From Candidatus Aenigmatarchaeota archaeon (GTDB taxonomy: Archaea; Aenigmatarchaeota; Aenigmatarchaeia; QMZP01; QMZT01), in contig CAVSBQ010000002.1 in the NCBI GenBank assembly GCA_963726265.1, positions 352,001 to 416,000 on the forward strand: a stretch of DNA of 64,000 bases. The letters run 5' to 3'. The notes below the pieces were generated by a model. The model made no database searches. It was not told the origin of the DNA and worked only from the letters and a program-made list of their open reading frames with translations. A program made the translations under genes and the position numbers. Positions 40,167 through 50,195 of the stretch are shown in pieces. Position 1 is the stretch's first letter. Each line of letters begins with the position of its first letter.

Positions 40167-43100
40167 ATGCTGGGGTCCGGGAGGCTGTTGGTTCTGTTTT
40201 TCGTGGCAGCTATATTAATCTTAATCGCGGGCTCGCGGAATGCCTCGGCGGCCGAATACACGTGCAATTCCGGTTCCGACTGTTCGTCCAAGATACAGGC
40301 CGCTACCAGCGGGGACACGGTAAGGCTGAACGCTTCGCTGACCTTCGCGACCATCGACTTCAACGGAGCCGACGGCATAACATTTGACTGCGACGGCTTC
40401 AGTGTCGCTGGCGTCGATGTCGGAGAAAGCATCAATGGCATTGGCATATACCTTCACGACGGCTCCAACAACAATACCATACGCGATTGCTTTTTTAACA
40501 CCCTTCAATACGGCCTGTTCATCTCCGGCGAGAACAACACGATAACGAATGCGACAATTAATTATACCATGTCTGGCGTTTTTCTGGCCGGCGACTCGAA
40601 CTACAACAGACTTGTGAACGTGACTCTGGTGGATGAAGACGTTATCATAGACTATGGCTCATCCTATGCGTGCACCGACAGCCTGGTGAACGTGACGGGC
40701 TCCGGCAACAGGCCGATAAGGTATTACAACGCTTCGGTGAACCTCACCGGAGAGGTCCTGTCGAAACTAATCCTGTGCAATGCCAGCTATTCCAACATAA
40801 CCAACATTACCGTCACGGGGGCGGTAACGGGCGGCATTGTCGCATACCAGACGAAATATTCGAATTTCAGCGCGATTAATATTTCGGCTTCATACGGCTA
40901 CAACGGGAACGTTTGGGTTTACTACTCCCACAACAATTCTTTCACAAATCTCGCGCTTGACAACAATTTCATTGGTGGCGGCGGCAGTTTGCATGTTGAA
41001 TATTCGGATGACAACACGTTTGTCAACGTTACGGCGAATTACGAACAAGGCACGGGTGTTAGTGTTTCTTCGTCCCAGAAAAATACTTTCACCGGCATCA
41101 CAGCCAACTACAACACGTATGGCATCTCACTCGATTCTTCCGATAACAACGCGTTTGTCAACATTACGGCGAATTACAATGATGGTGACGGCTTTTCTGT
41201 TAGTTCGTCGCTCAACAACACGTTCGACAGGATAATAGCCAGCAACAACTATGATGGATTTGAAATCTCTGGCTTATCCTCGTTCAACGTATTGAATAAT
41301 TCGCGCATAGAAAACAGCACGGAGTACGGCATCATCCTTTACTCATACGACCCGGACTATGCTCTCTACAACACGTTCCGCAACAACCTGTTCAACAATT
41401 CCGCGAATCTTTATTCAGACAATGATCAGAACCAGAACTACTGGAACACGACGCTGCGGGCGGGCCAGAGGATATACGCGGGCGGCAATTACATAGGCGG
41501 CAACTACTGGGCGTCCCTGGACGGGACGGGCTATTCACAGCTCTGCAAGGACGCGGACGGCGACGGCATCTGCGATTCCGCTTACGCGCCCGCCACGAAC
41601 AACACGGACTACCTGCCGCTTAGTGATCAGTATATGATAAGAGAAATCACCGCATGCAGGCTTCTGAACGAGACCGGATGGACCTACAACCTCACGCAGG
41701 ACATCACGGATTCCGCCAGCACGGCCTGCATGAACGTGACCGCAGACAACGTCACGCTCGATTGCGGAGGCCGCAGGATAGACGGCACCTATACCTTGAA
41801 CACTTACGGCGTCTATATGAAGGACAGGAAGAACGTCACCGTCAGGAACTGCACCATAACGGACTGGTGGTTCGGCGTTTTCATGAACACCAGCCTGCGC
41901 AGCAACATCTCCGCCAGCAACCTGACAGGCGACAACACCGGGCTGCGCATCCTTAACTCCTGGAACAACACCCTGAACGACAACTTCGTGAACAGCATCG
42001 GCACCGGCGTCTACCTTAGCAATTCATCGTTCAATTCCATCAGCCGCAACACGATAAAGAACTCCGATGCCGGCATTTCCTTCTATTTATCGTCCATGAA
42101 CAACACGCTGTCAGGCAATAATCTCGAGTCATTCGCAAACTACGCCCTATACATATACCAGTCGCCTGACAACTTCTTCCGCGACTCGAACATAACGAGC
42201 ACGTCGACGAACATTTACCATTTCGCGTCCGGCAATACCGTCTTCCTTAACGTGAGCCTCGACAGGACCAAAATCACCGTGGACGCGGGCGCAGTTTACA
42301 TCAACTGGTATCTGGACGTGAGGGTCGTCGGCGAAAGCGGCCCGGCGCTGGACCAGGCCAACGTGACCGTGAAAAACAGCGGGAACACGACCCTGTTTTC
42401 CGGGACGACCAACGCGTCTGGCTACATAATCAGGCAGAACGTGACCGAGTTCCACCAGAACTTCACCGGCCAGTTTTACTACAACAACCACACCATAAAC
42501 GCCAGCAAGTTCGCCTACGTCTCAGGCCAGGCGTCCGTAAACGTTACGTCAAACCGGCTGGTCACCATCACGCTAATCGAGAGCGTGCCTTACGTGCAGG
42601 TCAAGACATACACGCTGGGCCTGACCGAGACCGACACCATAAAGCCGGGCAGGATAGTCAGGATACGGGCCATCGTCAACTACATCATGGGCAGGGATTA
42701 TCTGGCGAATGCCACCATCCTGATAAGGGACAACCAAGGCTCGACTGTCGTGGATGGCGCGCTGATGCCCAACGTCTCCGTCATAACGAACGGCTACACC
42801 TATGAATATAATTATACTATTGCCAACGGCTCCGCAGGCGTATGGTCGATAAACGTCACCGCAGCGGATACGCTGGGAAAGAAGGGATACGGCAGCAAGA
42901 AAATCGCCATCCTCCCGATCACGCTCCGGATAAGGCTCGTCCTGAACAGCACGTCCGACAGCATCTACGTGCCCGGGGAGGTCGAGACGCCCTTCTCCGG
43001 CCTCACCACGTCGGACTACGCCAGCCCGGACCACCAGTATATTGCCTCGTATTCCGGCGGCCCCTCAGGCAGCCTGGAGGCGCTGGTGTTCTCGCAGCTC

Positions 43101-43439
43101 AATCCCATATCCGTTTTCACGGAGAAAAACGCGGACACCTACGCCATCGGGACCAGGCAGAGGTTCTCCGGCTCCATGGTCCTGCTGGTGTTTTCCAAAG
43201 GCGACTGGAAGGCGGTGAACAATCGAATAGGCTCGGTCGAGAGCGGCGAGTTCTTTGCGTCCTCCGAGCCCAGCTTCGGGTTCGGCCTAGGAAAGGCCTA
43301 CCCACTCAAGGTCGTGCTCTCCTACAGCAACTTGAACATCACCAGAGATCTCGCGCTCTGGAAGGGCTACAACAGGCTCGCCGTCGAGAACGAGGGAGCG
43401 CAGGGTGGCAAGGTCAGCATCAGCGTCACAAGGGGCTGA
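40167..43439 (+). CDS. Secreted right-handed beta-helix (NosD/CASH-like) surface protein
   Basis: Signal peptide, repeated GxxxxxSxNNTFxNxTANYN units, GGNYW and DGDGICD..DYLPL motifs, two beta-helix blocks. Confidence 0.85.
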   Translation: MLGSGRLLVLFFVAAILILIAGSRNASAAEYTCNSGSDCSSKIQAATSGDTVRLNASLTFATIDFNGADGITFDCDGFSVAGVDVGESINGIGIYLHDGSNNNTIRDCFFNTLQYGLFISGENNTITNATINYTMSGVFLAGDSNYNRLVNVTLVDEDVIIDYGSSYACTDSLVNVTGSGNRPIRYYNASVNLTGEVLSKLILCNASYSNITNITVTGAVTGGIVAYQTKYSNFSAINISASYGYNGNVWVYYSHNNSFTNLALDNNFIGGGGSLHVEYSDDNTFVNVTANYEQGTGVSVSSSQKNTFTGITANYNTYGISLDSSDNNAFVNITANYNDGDGFSVSSSLNNTFDRIIASNNYDGFEISGLSSFNVLNNSRIENSTEYGIILYSYDPDYALYNTFRNNLFNNSANLYSDNDQNQNYWNTTLRAGQRIYAGGNYIGGNYWASLDGTGYSQLCKDADGDGICDSAYAPATNNTDYLPLSDQYMIREITACRLLNETGWTYNLTQDITDSASTACMNVTADNVTLDCGGRRIDGTYTLNTYGVYMKDRKNVTVRNCTITDWWFGVFMNTSLRSNISASNLTGDNTGLRILNSWNNTLNDNFVNSIGTGVYLSNSSFNSISRNTIKNSDAGISFYLSSMNNTLSGNNLESFANYALYIYQSPDNFFRDSNITSTSTNIYHFASGNTVFLNVSLDRTKITVDAGAVYINWYLDVRVVGESGPALDQANVTVKNSGNTTLFSGTTNASGYIIRQNVTEFHQNFTGQFYYNNHTINASKFAYVSGQASVNVTSNRLVTITLIESVPYVQVKTYTLGLTETDTIKPGRIVRIRAIVNYIMGRDYLANATILIRDNQGSTVVDGALMPNVSVITNGYTYEYNYTIANGSAGVWSINVTAADTLGKKGYGSKKIAILPITLRIRLVLNSTSDSIYVPGEVETPFSGLTTSDYASPDHQYIASYSGGPSGSLEALVFSQLNPISVFTEKNADTYAIGTRQRFSGSMVLLVFSKGDWKAVNNRIGSVESGEFFASSEPSFGFGLGKAYPLKVVLSYSNLNITRDLALWKGYNRLAVENEGAQGGKVSISVTRG

Positions 43440-43568
43440 CGGTGGTGATGTTTAGGATGATGGGCGCGGCAAAAGGCAAAATTACATCAAAAAAGTTCAA
43501 TTTCGGTTCAAGTTCAATATAGATTTAAATAAGTTGAGGAGAAATATAATTTATAAGGGGTGGGTGAT

Positions 43569-43787
43569 ATGGCAAAATCCAACAACATGCTTTTAGTTCT
43601 GGCAATAGCGCTTCTCATAGTCTCGCTGTTCGGAACCGTTGCAATACTCAACAGCGTGGGCATGGCGAACGTGCCGGTAACAAAGCCATCAACCATACAG
43701 CAGGGGCAGGTAAAGCTGGAGATAGTGCCCGATGCCGGCGCGGACGCGGCTACCGGGTATGTGACTCTTAACATACTGCCTGAATAA
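43569..43787 (+). CDS. Small membrane protein with SNN leader and two GxVxLxI strands
   Basis: MAKSNNMLLVLAIALLIVSL; QGQVKLEI and TGYVTLNI. GGTGA precedes the ATG. Confidence 0.7.
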   Translation: MAKSNNMLLVLAIALLIVSLFGTVAILNSVGMANVPVTKPSTIQQGQVKLEIVPDAGADAATGYVTLNILPE

Positions 43788-43842
43788 GCAGCAGACGATT
43801 AATGAAAGTTCAGAGGTTATATTCAAATTTAAAGGGGGTAAC

Positions 43843-44519
43843 ATGACACAAGTGTCTAATAACTTGATAGCAGGTTTGCTTGTAGTGGCGATAGTGATAT
43901 CAGGCTTCGGCCTGCTGACAGTCGCCAACATGGGACGACAGGTAGCGATAACAGGCGGCGCGACTACCGGCGTCGGGGCGGCGAACGTCTCGATTACCGG
44001 AGCAGTGTCCATAGATCTGATTGCAGGAAGGACAGCGATAGACTTCGATGCAGGAACGCTGGACGGCGTCACCGAGGACAATAGCCACGACGACCGTCAA
44101 CTACGGCACTTTCGACGACGGCTCGGAGGGCAACGGCACGGACCAGACAGGATGCTCCAACACGGAAGCAACGTGTGCATATCCGCTGGTAGTCAGGAAC
44201 ATAGGCAACGTAAACGTGTCGCTTAACATAACCGCGAGCAAGACTGCGGCCAGCCTTCATCGGAGGCGCAAGCGGCCAATTGCAGGAGTTCCTGGGCAAG
44301 GAAAACGAATCTGCAACGTGCGGCAAAGACTGGACAGTCGGCGGTGGCTTCGGAGAAGGAACCTACACAGCGCTTACCACATCGGAAACGGTTGTTTGCT
44401 CCAGCATGGACTTCATCCCTGCGGCCAACGAGATAAGGATTCACCTCAGGCTCACCATACCAGCCGATGCAGTCGGAACGAAAGCCGAGACCATAACATT
44501 GGGCGCCATAACCGCGTAA
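43843..44519 (+). CDS. Pilin-like single-domain protein (~224 aa after removing two extra bases)
   Basis: Joins ORFs 43843, 44048 and 44280 through +1 shifts near 44073 and 44254. Leader MTQVSNNLIAGLLVVAIVIS, then AITGGATTG. Confidence 0.7.
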
Positions 44520-44535
44520 GCAAACGGTGTTTCAA

Positions 44536-45706
44536 ATGAAAAAAGCAGCTTTGGCAGCCCTTTTCTTATTTTTTAATTTATGTTTTCTCGTTTCTCCTGC
44601 TGCAGCCATATCCATCGCGCCAGCCAAGATAACGATGGACTTCGTCCCGGGCTACGAGGCGGAGTTCGATGGCTTCATAACGAACACACAGGACGTCGAG
44701 GTGGCATTCGACGTCTACACGGACGGCGAGCTCATGGGCTACATGACGCTGCTCACGCCGGGCATCATAACGCTCAGCCCGGGCCAGACGGCGAACTACA
44801 AGTTCAAGATAAAGCTGCCCTCCGCTTTCGAAATACCCGGCCCGCACACGGGCATCATCTGGGCGTCGCAGCACGTGGAGGAGCCGACTGGGGAGGGCAT
44901 TGCCATAAGGCTGAAGGCCGGAACGAAGGTGGTAGTAAACGTCCCGTATCCGGGCAAATACGTTGAAATGAAGCTGGACATAAAGAATGCAAAGGTCAAC
45001 GACACCGTGCTCTTTGAAATAACGGCAACGAACCTGGGGAAAGGAGAACATAACCAGCGCCAAAGGCGAGATAAAGCTGATGGATTCCGTGAACAGGACG
45101 CTCGTCATCTTGCAGACCGCGGCGAAGCCGATAATAAGCACGCAGAGCGAAACGCTGCAGGCGACGTGGTTTTCAGACGCCGAACCAGGCCTGTATCAGG
45201 CCGAGGCATCGGTTTTCTACGACGGCGAAACCGCAAGCAGCAGGACCACGTTCAACCTCGGCGCGCCGCTGGTGAAAATCGTGAACATGTCAGCCGAGCC
45301 TATCGTCAACGGAACCATCGGCAAGATATACACGCAGATACAGAGCTACTGGGGCCAGGAAATAGAGGACGTCTACGTCGAGATTTTCATCAGGGACGAG
45401 ACAGGCAAACAGGTCAGCCAGGACAAGAGCAGCAGCATAAAGGTCAAGCCGTTCGACAAGGTCACCCTTACGAACTACTGGGACACCGGCCAGGGCTTCG
45501 AACCCGGCGACTACACGGGCCTGGCCATCCTCCATTACCTCGACAAGAACGACACCGCGGAAACTGGCCTGATGCTGGCGGCGAAGCCGGGCATGTTCGC
45601 GGGCTACGAAATCGTGATTATAATAATTATAGCGGCATTCGCTGCAGCAGGCGTGCTTTTGCTCAGAAGAAGGGAGGGGAAATTCACCCAGAAAAAGCTC
45701 ATGTAA
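44536..45706 (+). CDS. Signal peptide + three Ig-like domains + C-terminal TM protein (paralog B), one +1 frameshift near 45040
   Basis: ISIAPAKITMDFVPG, PGPH, VPYPGKY and NYWDT match paralog A. Joins ORFs 44527 and 45080. Confidence 0.78.
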
Positions 45707-45742
45707 GCAATTTAACTTTTCTCAGCCAATTTCTAATCAACT

Positions 45743-48223
45743 ATGAAAGAGTTATCCAATAACGTGCTCGTCATACTGATATCAGTATTCGTAATAATTA
45801 CCCTGCTGGAGTTTGCGGCCTACCAGATAAAATACGGTGAGATAACGCTAAAAGCGACTGCAGTCGGCTTCGTTGGCATGTGCATCGACAACAACCCGCT
45901 CATCATACCCATCGCCTCGCAGACCGCCTACATAGGCACGCCCTTCGCATACGACGTTAACACGACGGTGGCGAACGACCTCAACGTGACGTTCTATGAC
46001 GACACTCCCCTTTTCACCATAAACTACCAGACGGGCATGATAGCCTTCACGCCCCAGGAAGGCGACGAGAACGACTACTACATAAACATATCAGTGATTT
46101 CCTCGTGCGGAAGGCTCAGCGACGTCAAGAGCATGAGACTCTCCGTGAAGTTCGAGAACAGGGCGCCAATCCTCGACCCTATCCCTGACCAGGCCATGAA
46201 CCAGAATGACCTCTTCACATACGACGTCAACGCGACTGACGCCGACAACGACACGCTGTTCTTCGGCGACAACACGACGATGTTCCAGATAAATTCCAAC
46301 AACGGCCTGATATACTTCGTGCCCCAGCAGGCCGACGTGGGCAACCAGTCCGTCCTCATATGGGTCATGGACGGCAGGGGAGGCATCGACTGGCAGATAG
46401 TGAACTTCGAGATAACGGACGTCAACGACGCGCCGGTGCTCGCCACCATAGGCGCGCAGACGGCGATAATAAACGAGACCTATGTTTATGACGTGAACGC
46501 AACCGACGCCGATGTCAAGCCGGAATGGAACAACCTCAGCTTTTACGACGACGCGGCGTTCTTCAACATAAATCCGTCAACGGGCCTGATACAGTTCTTC
46601 GTCAACGGCTCCTACAACGGGACGTATTCGCTGAACATCACGGTGAGCGACGGCTACCTTTCCGACGAGGAGACAATAAGCTTCTCCGTGATAGCGGTGA
46701 ACCACGCCCCCAACATAACGTCCTGGTATCCAGAGAACGCCACGCTTGAGATAAGCGAGGGCGAAAGCAGCTACTTCAACATAACCAAGTTCGACCTTGA
46801 CGGGACCATACCTTCGACGGCATGGTATCTGGACGGCGTCGTGCTCGCCGGCCAGACCGCGGACGAATATACGTATTACGCGGGCTACACTTCATCCGGG
46901 ACGCACAACCTGACCGTCGTGATAACCGACGGCGAGCTGGATGATGCGCAGGCATGGACAATTAACGTGAGGGACGTACCGCAGATAATTTCGGGAGCGG
47001 CCGGGCCAAGCCAGATCATGCCGCCCGCATGCACGGAGAACTGGAGATGCACGGAATGGGCCGTATGCCCGGTCTACGAAATCCAGACCAGGTCGTGCAG
47101 GGACCTCAGCAGCTGCGGGACCATAAGCTTCAAGCCGGACGAGAGGAGGAAATGCTTCTACACGCCGCAGCCCTCGTGCAGCGACGACGTCATCAACTGC
47201 CACGACGGCGGCTGCGAGATATGGATAGACTGCGGAGGACCATGTCCTCCGTGCGCGACCTGCAGCGACAAGCTCAAGAACTGCCACATGATGTCGAAAC
47301 TGAACACGCTGTGCGAGGAGGGCGTCGACTGCGGAGGGCCGTGCCCGACCTGTCCTGAAGGGCCGCAGCCCGCCGTATGCGGCAATGCCATCTGCGAGCA
47401 GGGCGAGCTGCTGTCCTGCACCCAGGACTGCGGCCTGTTCTTCGGCCAGTTCATAATAGTCGTCATAGCCTTCGGTGGCGCTTCGATATTCCTTTACAGA
47501 TTCTCCGCGCTCGCCGTCCTTTTCTACAGGAAGAAAATAAGGCCGCTGCCATACACGAACATCGAACTCCTCGGAGCGGCGGCGCTCAGGCAGCTGCATC
47601 TCATCCAGCTCGAGATGGGCAGGAAGACGACGAGGGCCATAGTCTCGGAATTATCCTCGGTCATCAGGGACTTCTTCGCGAAGGCGTTCGAGGTCCGCAG
47701 GAAATTCACCTACATAGAGCTGGCCGAGGTCGCGAGGAAGAGGAAACTTGACAAGCCGCTCGTGAAGAGGATAACAGACTTCTCCATAAAGATGACGGAG
47801 CTTGAATACAAATACGCTGAGCCGTCGCTTGCCGAGCTCGCCGCGGCCATAAAGGCTGCGATAGCCATCGTCGAGAGGCTGAGCGGCGTGCGCCTCCACG
47901 AGGCGCTCGGCAAGAAGGCGGAGGAGGAAATACATGCGAAGGAGCCGCAAGAGAAGCCGGTCCAACTGCCCCAGGGTCCGCAGGCAAAGGGAGAAGGCGA
48001 ATATAAAATGACTCAGTCGGACGAGGAGAGCGTAAGGCGTTTGCAGGTGCTTATAGACGAAGGTGAGAAGGCAATCACGAGCCACGCAACGGCGGAAGCT
48101 GAAAAGGCATACGCAAGGATACGGGAGACTTACGACAGGCTCCGCCCCGAGGTAAAAATGAAGCTATACGCCGAAACCATCCGCATAATAAAACTGTATA
48201 ACGAGATAATGAAAAGCGAATAG
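45743..48223 (+). CDS. Surface protein: cadherin-like repeats, Cys-rich stalk, TM, and ~250-aa cytoplasmic helical domain
   Basis: YDVNATDAD/DVNDAP repeats; CTENWRCTEW..QTRSCRDL; DCGGPCPxC twice; internal TM followed by RKK. Confidence 0.85.
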   Translation: MKELSNNVLVILISVFVIITLLEFAAYQIKYGEITLKATAVGFVGMCIDNNPLIIPIASQTAYIGTPFAYDVNTTVANDLNVTFYDDTPLFTINYQTGMIAFTPQEGDENDYYINISVISSCGRLSDVKSMRLSVKFENRAPILDPIPDQAMNQNDLFTYDVNATDADNDTLFFGDNTTMFQINSNNGLIYFVPQQADVGNQSVLIWVMDGRGGIDWQIVNFEITDVNDAPVLATIGAQTAIINETYVYDVNATDADVKPEWNNLSFYDDAAFFNINPSTGLIQFFVNGSYNGTYSLNITVSDGYLSDEETISFSVIAVNHAPNITSWYPENATLEISEGESSYFNITKFDLDGTIPSTAWYLDGVVLAGQTADEYTYYAGYTSSGTHNLTVVITDGELDDAQAWTINVRDVPQIISGAAGPSQIMPPACTENWRCTEWAVCPVYEIQTRSCRDLSSCGTISFKPDERRKCFYTPQPSCSDDVINCHDGGCEIWIDCGGPCPPCATCSDKLKNCHMMSKLNTLCEEGVDCGGPCPTCPEGPQPAVCGNAICEQGELLSCTQDCGLFFGQFIIVVIAFGGASIFLYRFSALAVLFYRKKIRPLPYTNIELLGAAALRQLHLIQLEMGRKTTRAIVSELSSVIRDFFAKAFEVRRKFTYIELAEVARKRKLDKPLVKRITDFSIKMTELEYKYAEPSLAELAAAIKAAIAIVERLSGVRLHEALGKKAEEEIHAKEPQEKPVQLPQGPQAKGEGEYKMTQSDEESVRRLQVLIDEGEKAITSHATAEAEKAYARIRETYDRLRPEVKMKLYAETIRIIKLYNEIMKSE

Positions 48224-48299
48224 GGGCGCAATGCGCAATACAAAAAAGCGATTTCTCCATGACTGGTTTGGTTTTTACAGGCAGCCTAAATTTATAAAT

Positions 48300-49238
48300 T
48301 TATGGCAGCGTCCTGTATTTCGTGTTCACTAGGCCCCATTCGGCGAACAGGAGGCCTAGCGCCGCAACGAGGCATATGAGCGCGAGGTTGACGGGAAGCT
48401 TTTGCGTGCCGGAAAGCGCTATGCCCTCGTATATCACGGAAAGCTCGCTTTCGTTCCTTGCCTCGTAATAAACTCCCCCGGTTTCGTTCGCTATCCTGGC
48501 CAGCGTCGACGGGTCGAGCTTCGAGACGAATGAGAGGTTCATCTCCGGGAAGCCTCCGCCGGCTTCGGTGCCCATGCCTATCGCGTATATGGCGACGTGA
48601 TTGTCGTTGGCGTATGCTATCGCCTCGTCGATGCTCGGTCCGACGTTGTTCTGCCCGTCCGTCAGGAGGATGATGGCCCTGGGCTTTTCGCTGCCAACTA
48701 GGAGGTTGACGGACGAGATTATGGCGGAGCCTATCGCCGTCCCGCCAGCGAGCTCGACGGATATGTTTTTTATTACGTCCTCCACCCGCGCCTTTTCAGG
48801 GGTCAGCTCCTGCTTTATGAAGCCCACGCCGGCGAAGGATACGACGCCTATCTCAGTCAGCTCCGGGGCGGCGTCGACGAAGGTGAGGGCCGATTTCTTT
48901 GCAGCCTCCAGCCTGCTGGGCTCGAAATCCTTTGCCAGCATGCTGCCGGAGGCATCGAGCGCGAGGACGAAGTTCGTATCGCCTGTTCTGCCTTCATACC
49001 ATAATGTCGCGCCGGAAACCGCGAGTATGAGTAGCAGCAGGGTCACGAGCCGCATGGCAAGAAGGACGTAGTTTTTCGAGAAAATCCTCTCCCCGGTCAC
49101 GTATTCTATGGCCGGGAAGTTGGCGAATTTTAACGCCTTTTTCCTGGTGAACCTAAGGCTCACGAAATGCGCGAGGATCATGAGCGGTATCGCCACCAGG
49201 AACCAGAGATAAAGCGGGTTCGCGAAAGTCATCTCCAT
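48300..49238 (-). CDS. BatA-like membrane vWA domain protein
   Basis: MTFANPLYLWFLVAIPL double-TM N-terminus; MIDAS motif DASGSM, GGTAIG and LLTDG; C-terminal TM. Confidence 0.9.
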   Translation of the reverse strand: MEMTFANPLYLWFLVAIPLMILAHFVSLRFTRKKALKFANFPAIEYVTGERIFSKNYVLLAMRLVTLLLLILAVSGATLWYEGRTGDTNFVLALDASGSMLAKDFEPSRLEAAKKSALTFVDAAPELTEIGVVSFAGVGFIKQELTPEKARVEDVIKNISVELAGGTAIGSAIISSVNLLVGSEKPRAIILLTDGQNNVGPSIDEAIAYANDNHVAIYAIGMGTEAGGGFPEMNLSFVSKLDPSTLARIANETGGVYYEARNESELSVIYEGIALSGTQKLPVNLALICLVAALGLLFAEWGLVNTKYRTLP

Positions 49239-50128
49239 GCCCATTTCCTCCTTACCATAAAGAATTCGGTGAGGGGCTTGATAAACGGTTCTGCAGTCGA
49301 TGTTTTCAACAGGTCGAGGTTCCCCTTCATGAATGCGCTGTTTATCGCGGCCTCCTCGTCCGCCACGAACTTTTTGTATTGCTCGCCCATTTTCCTCGGG
49401 CTCGCGAGCAGCATGCTGTCCGAATAAGGGTCCTGCAGGACGATCTGGCCCACGTCTTCCTCGGGCATGACTTCGTCCCTCGGGTCCCTGACCATTACGC
49501 CGATGATGTCGAATTTCATGGAGGCCATCCTGAGGATCTTGTGCCACTCTGGCTTGAAGCCTATGAAATCGGATATGATTACCATGAGGCCGCGCTCCTT
49601 TGACGTCTTCATGACGAATTTCACCGCGTTCTCGAGGTCATAGCCGCCGCCGTAGAAGGCCGGGTTGACCAGCGAGTTGAGCATGATGTAGAAGTGCTTC
49701 TTGCCGCCTGAAGGCGGGATCATCTTGACAATCTTGTCGTTGAACATGACGAGACCGGCTTTGTCATTCGCCTCCAGGATGAAATAGGCGAACGTGGCCG
49801 CGAGCTCCGCGGCGTATTCGAGCTTCAGCTTCTCGGTCGAGCCGAAAATCATGGAAGACGACGTGTCGAGAAGAATGTAAACGTTGAGATTCCTCTCCTC
49901 CCTGAAGATCTTTATCAGCGTGTCGTTCGCACGTATGCTGGCCTTCCAGTCAATCCTGCTGGCGTCGTCGCCGTCCGTGTAGACCCTGTAATCCTCGAAT
50001 TCGAGACCCTTGCCCTTGTAGACGCTCCTGTATTTGCTCGTGACCTTCGTGTTGATGAGCATCTTTATGATAAGCTCGAGCTCCTTCATCAGGGCAACGA
50101 CGTCAACCCTCAGCCTCTTGACGGCCAT
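49229..50128 (-). CDS. DUF58 family protein
   Basis: GKGLEFEDYRVY..GDDASRIDWKAS, FREER, DTSSSM and ISDF motifs. Confidence 0.93.
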   Translation of the reverse strand: MAVKRLRVDVVALMKELELIIKMLINTKVTSKYRSVYKGKGLEFEDYRVYTDGDDASRIDWKASIRANDTLIKIFREERNLNVYILLDTSSSMIFGSTEKLKLEYAAELAATFAYFILEANDKAGLVMFNDKIVKMIPPSGGKKHFYIMLNSLVNPAFYGGGYDLENAVKFVMKTSKERGLMVIISDFIGFKPEWHKILRMASMKFDIIGVMVRDPRDEVMPEEDVGQIVLQDPYSDSMLLASPRKMGEQYKKFVADEEAAINSAFMKGNLDLLKTSTAEPFIKPLTEFFMVRRKWAWR

Positions 50129-50195
50129 AAATTATATTTGTCGCTTCGGCTTAATTAAAAACAGTTTTTCCTTTTCCGTTTTCTGTATAGAAAGC

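Noticed and set aside
49245..49547. N-terminal extension of the vWA ORF
   Set aside because: Overlaps the DUF58 gene in another frame; the BatA-like start is at 49238-49244.
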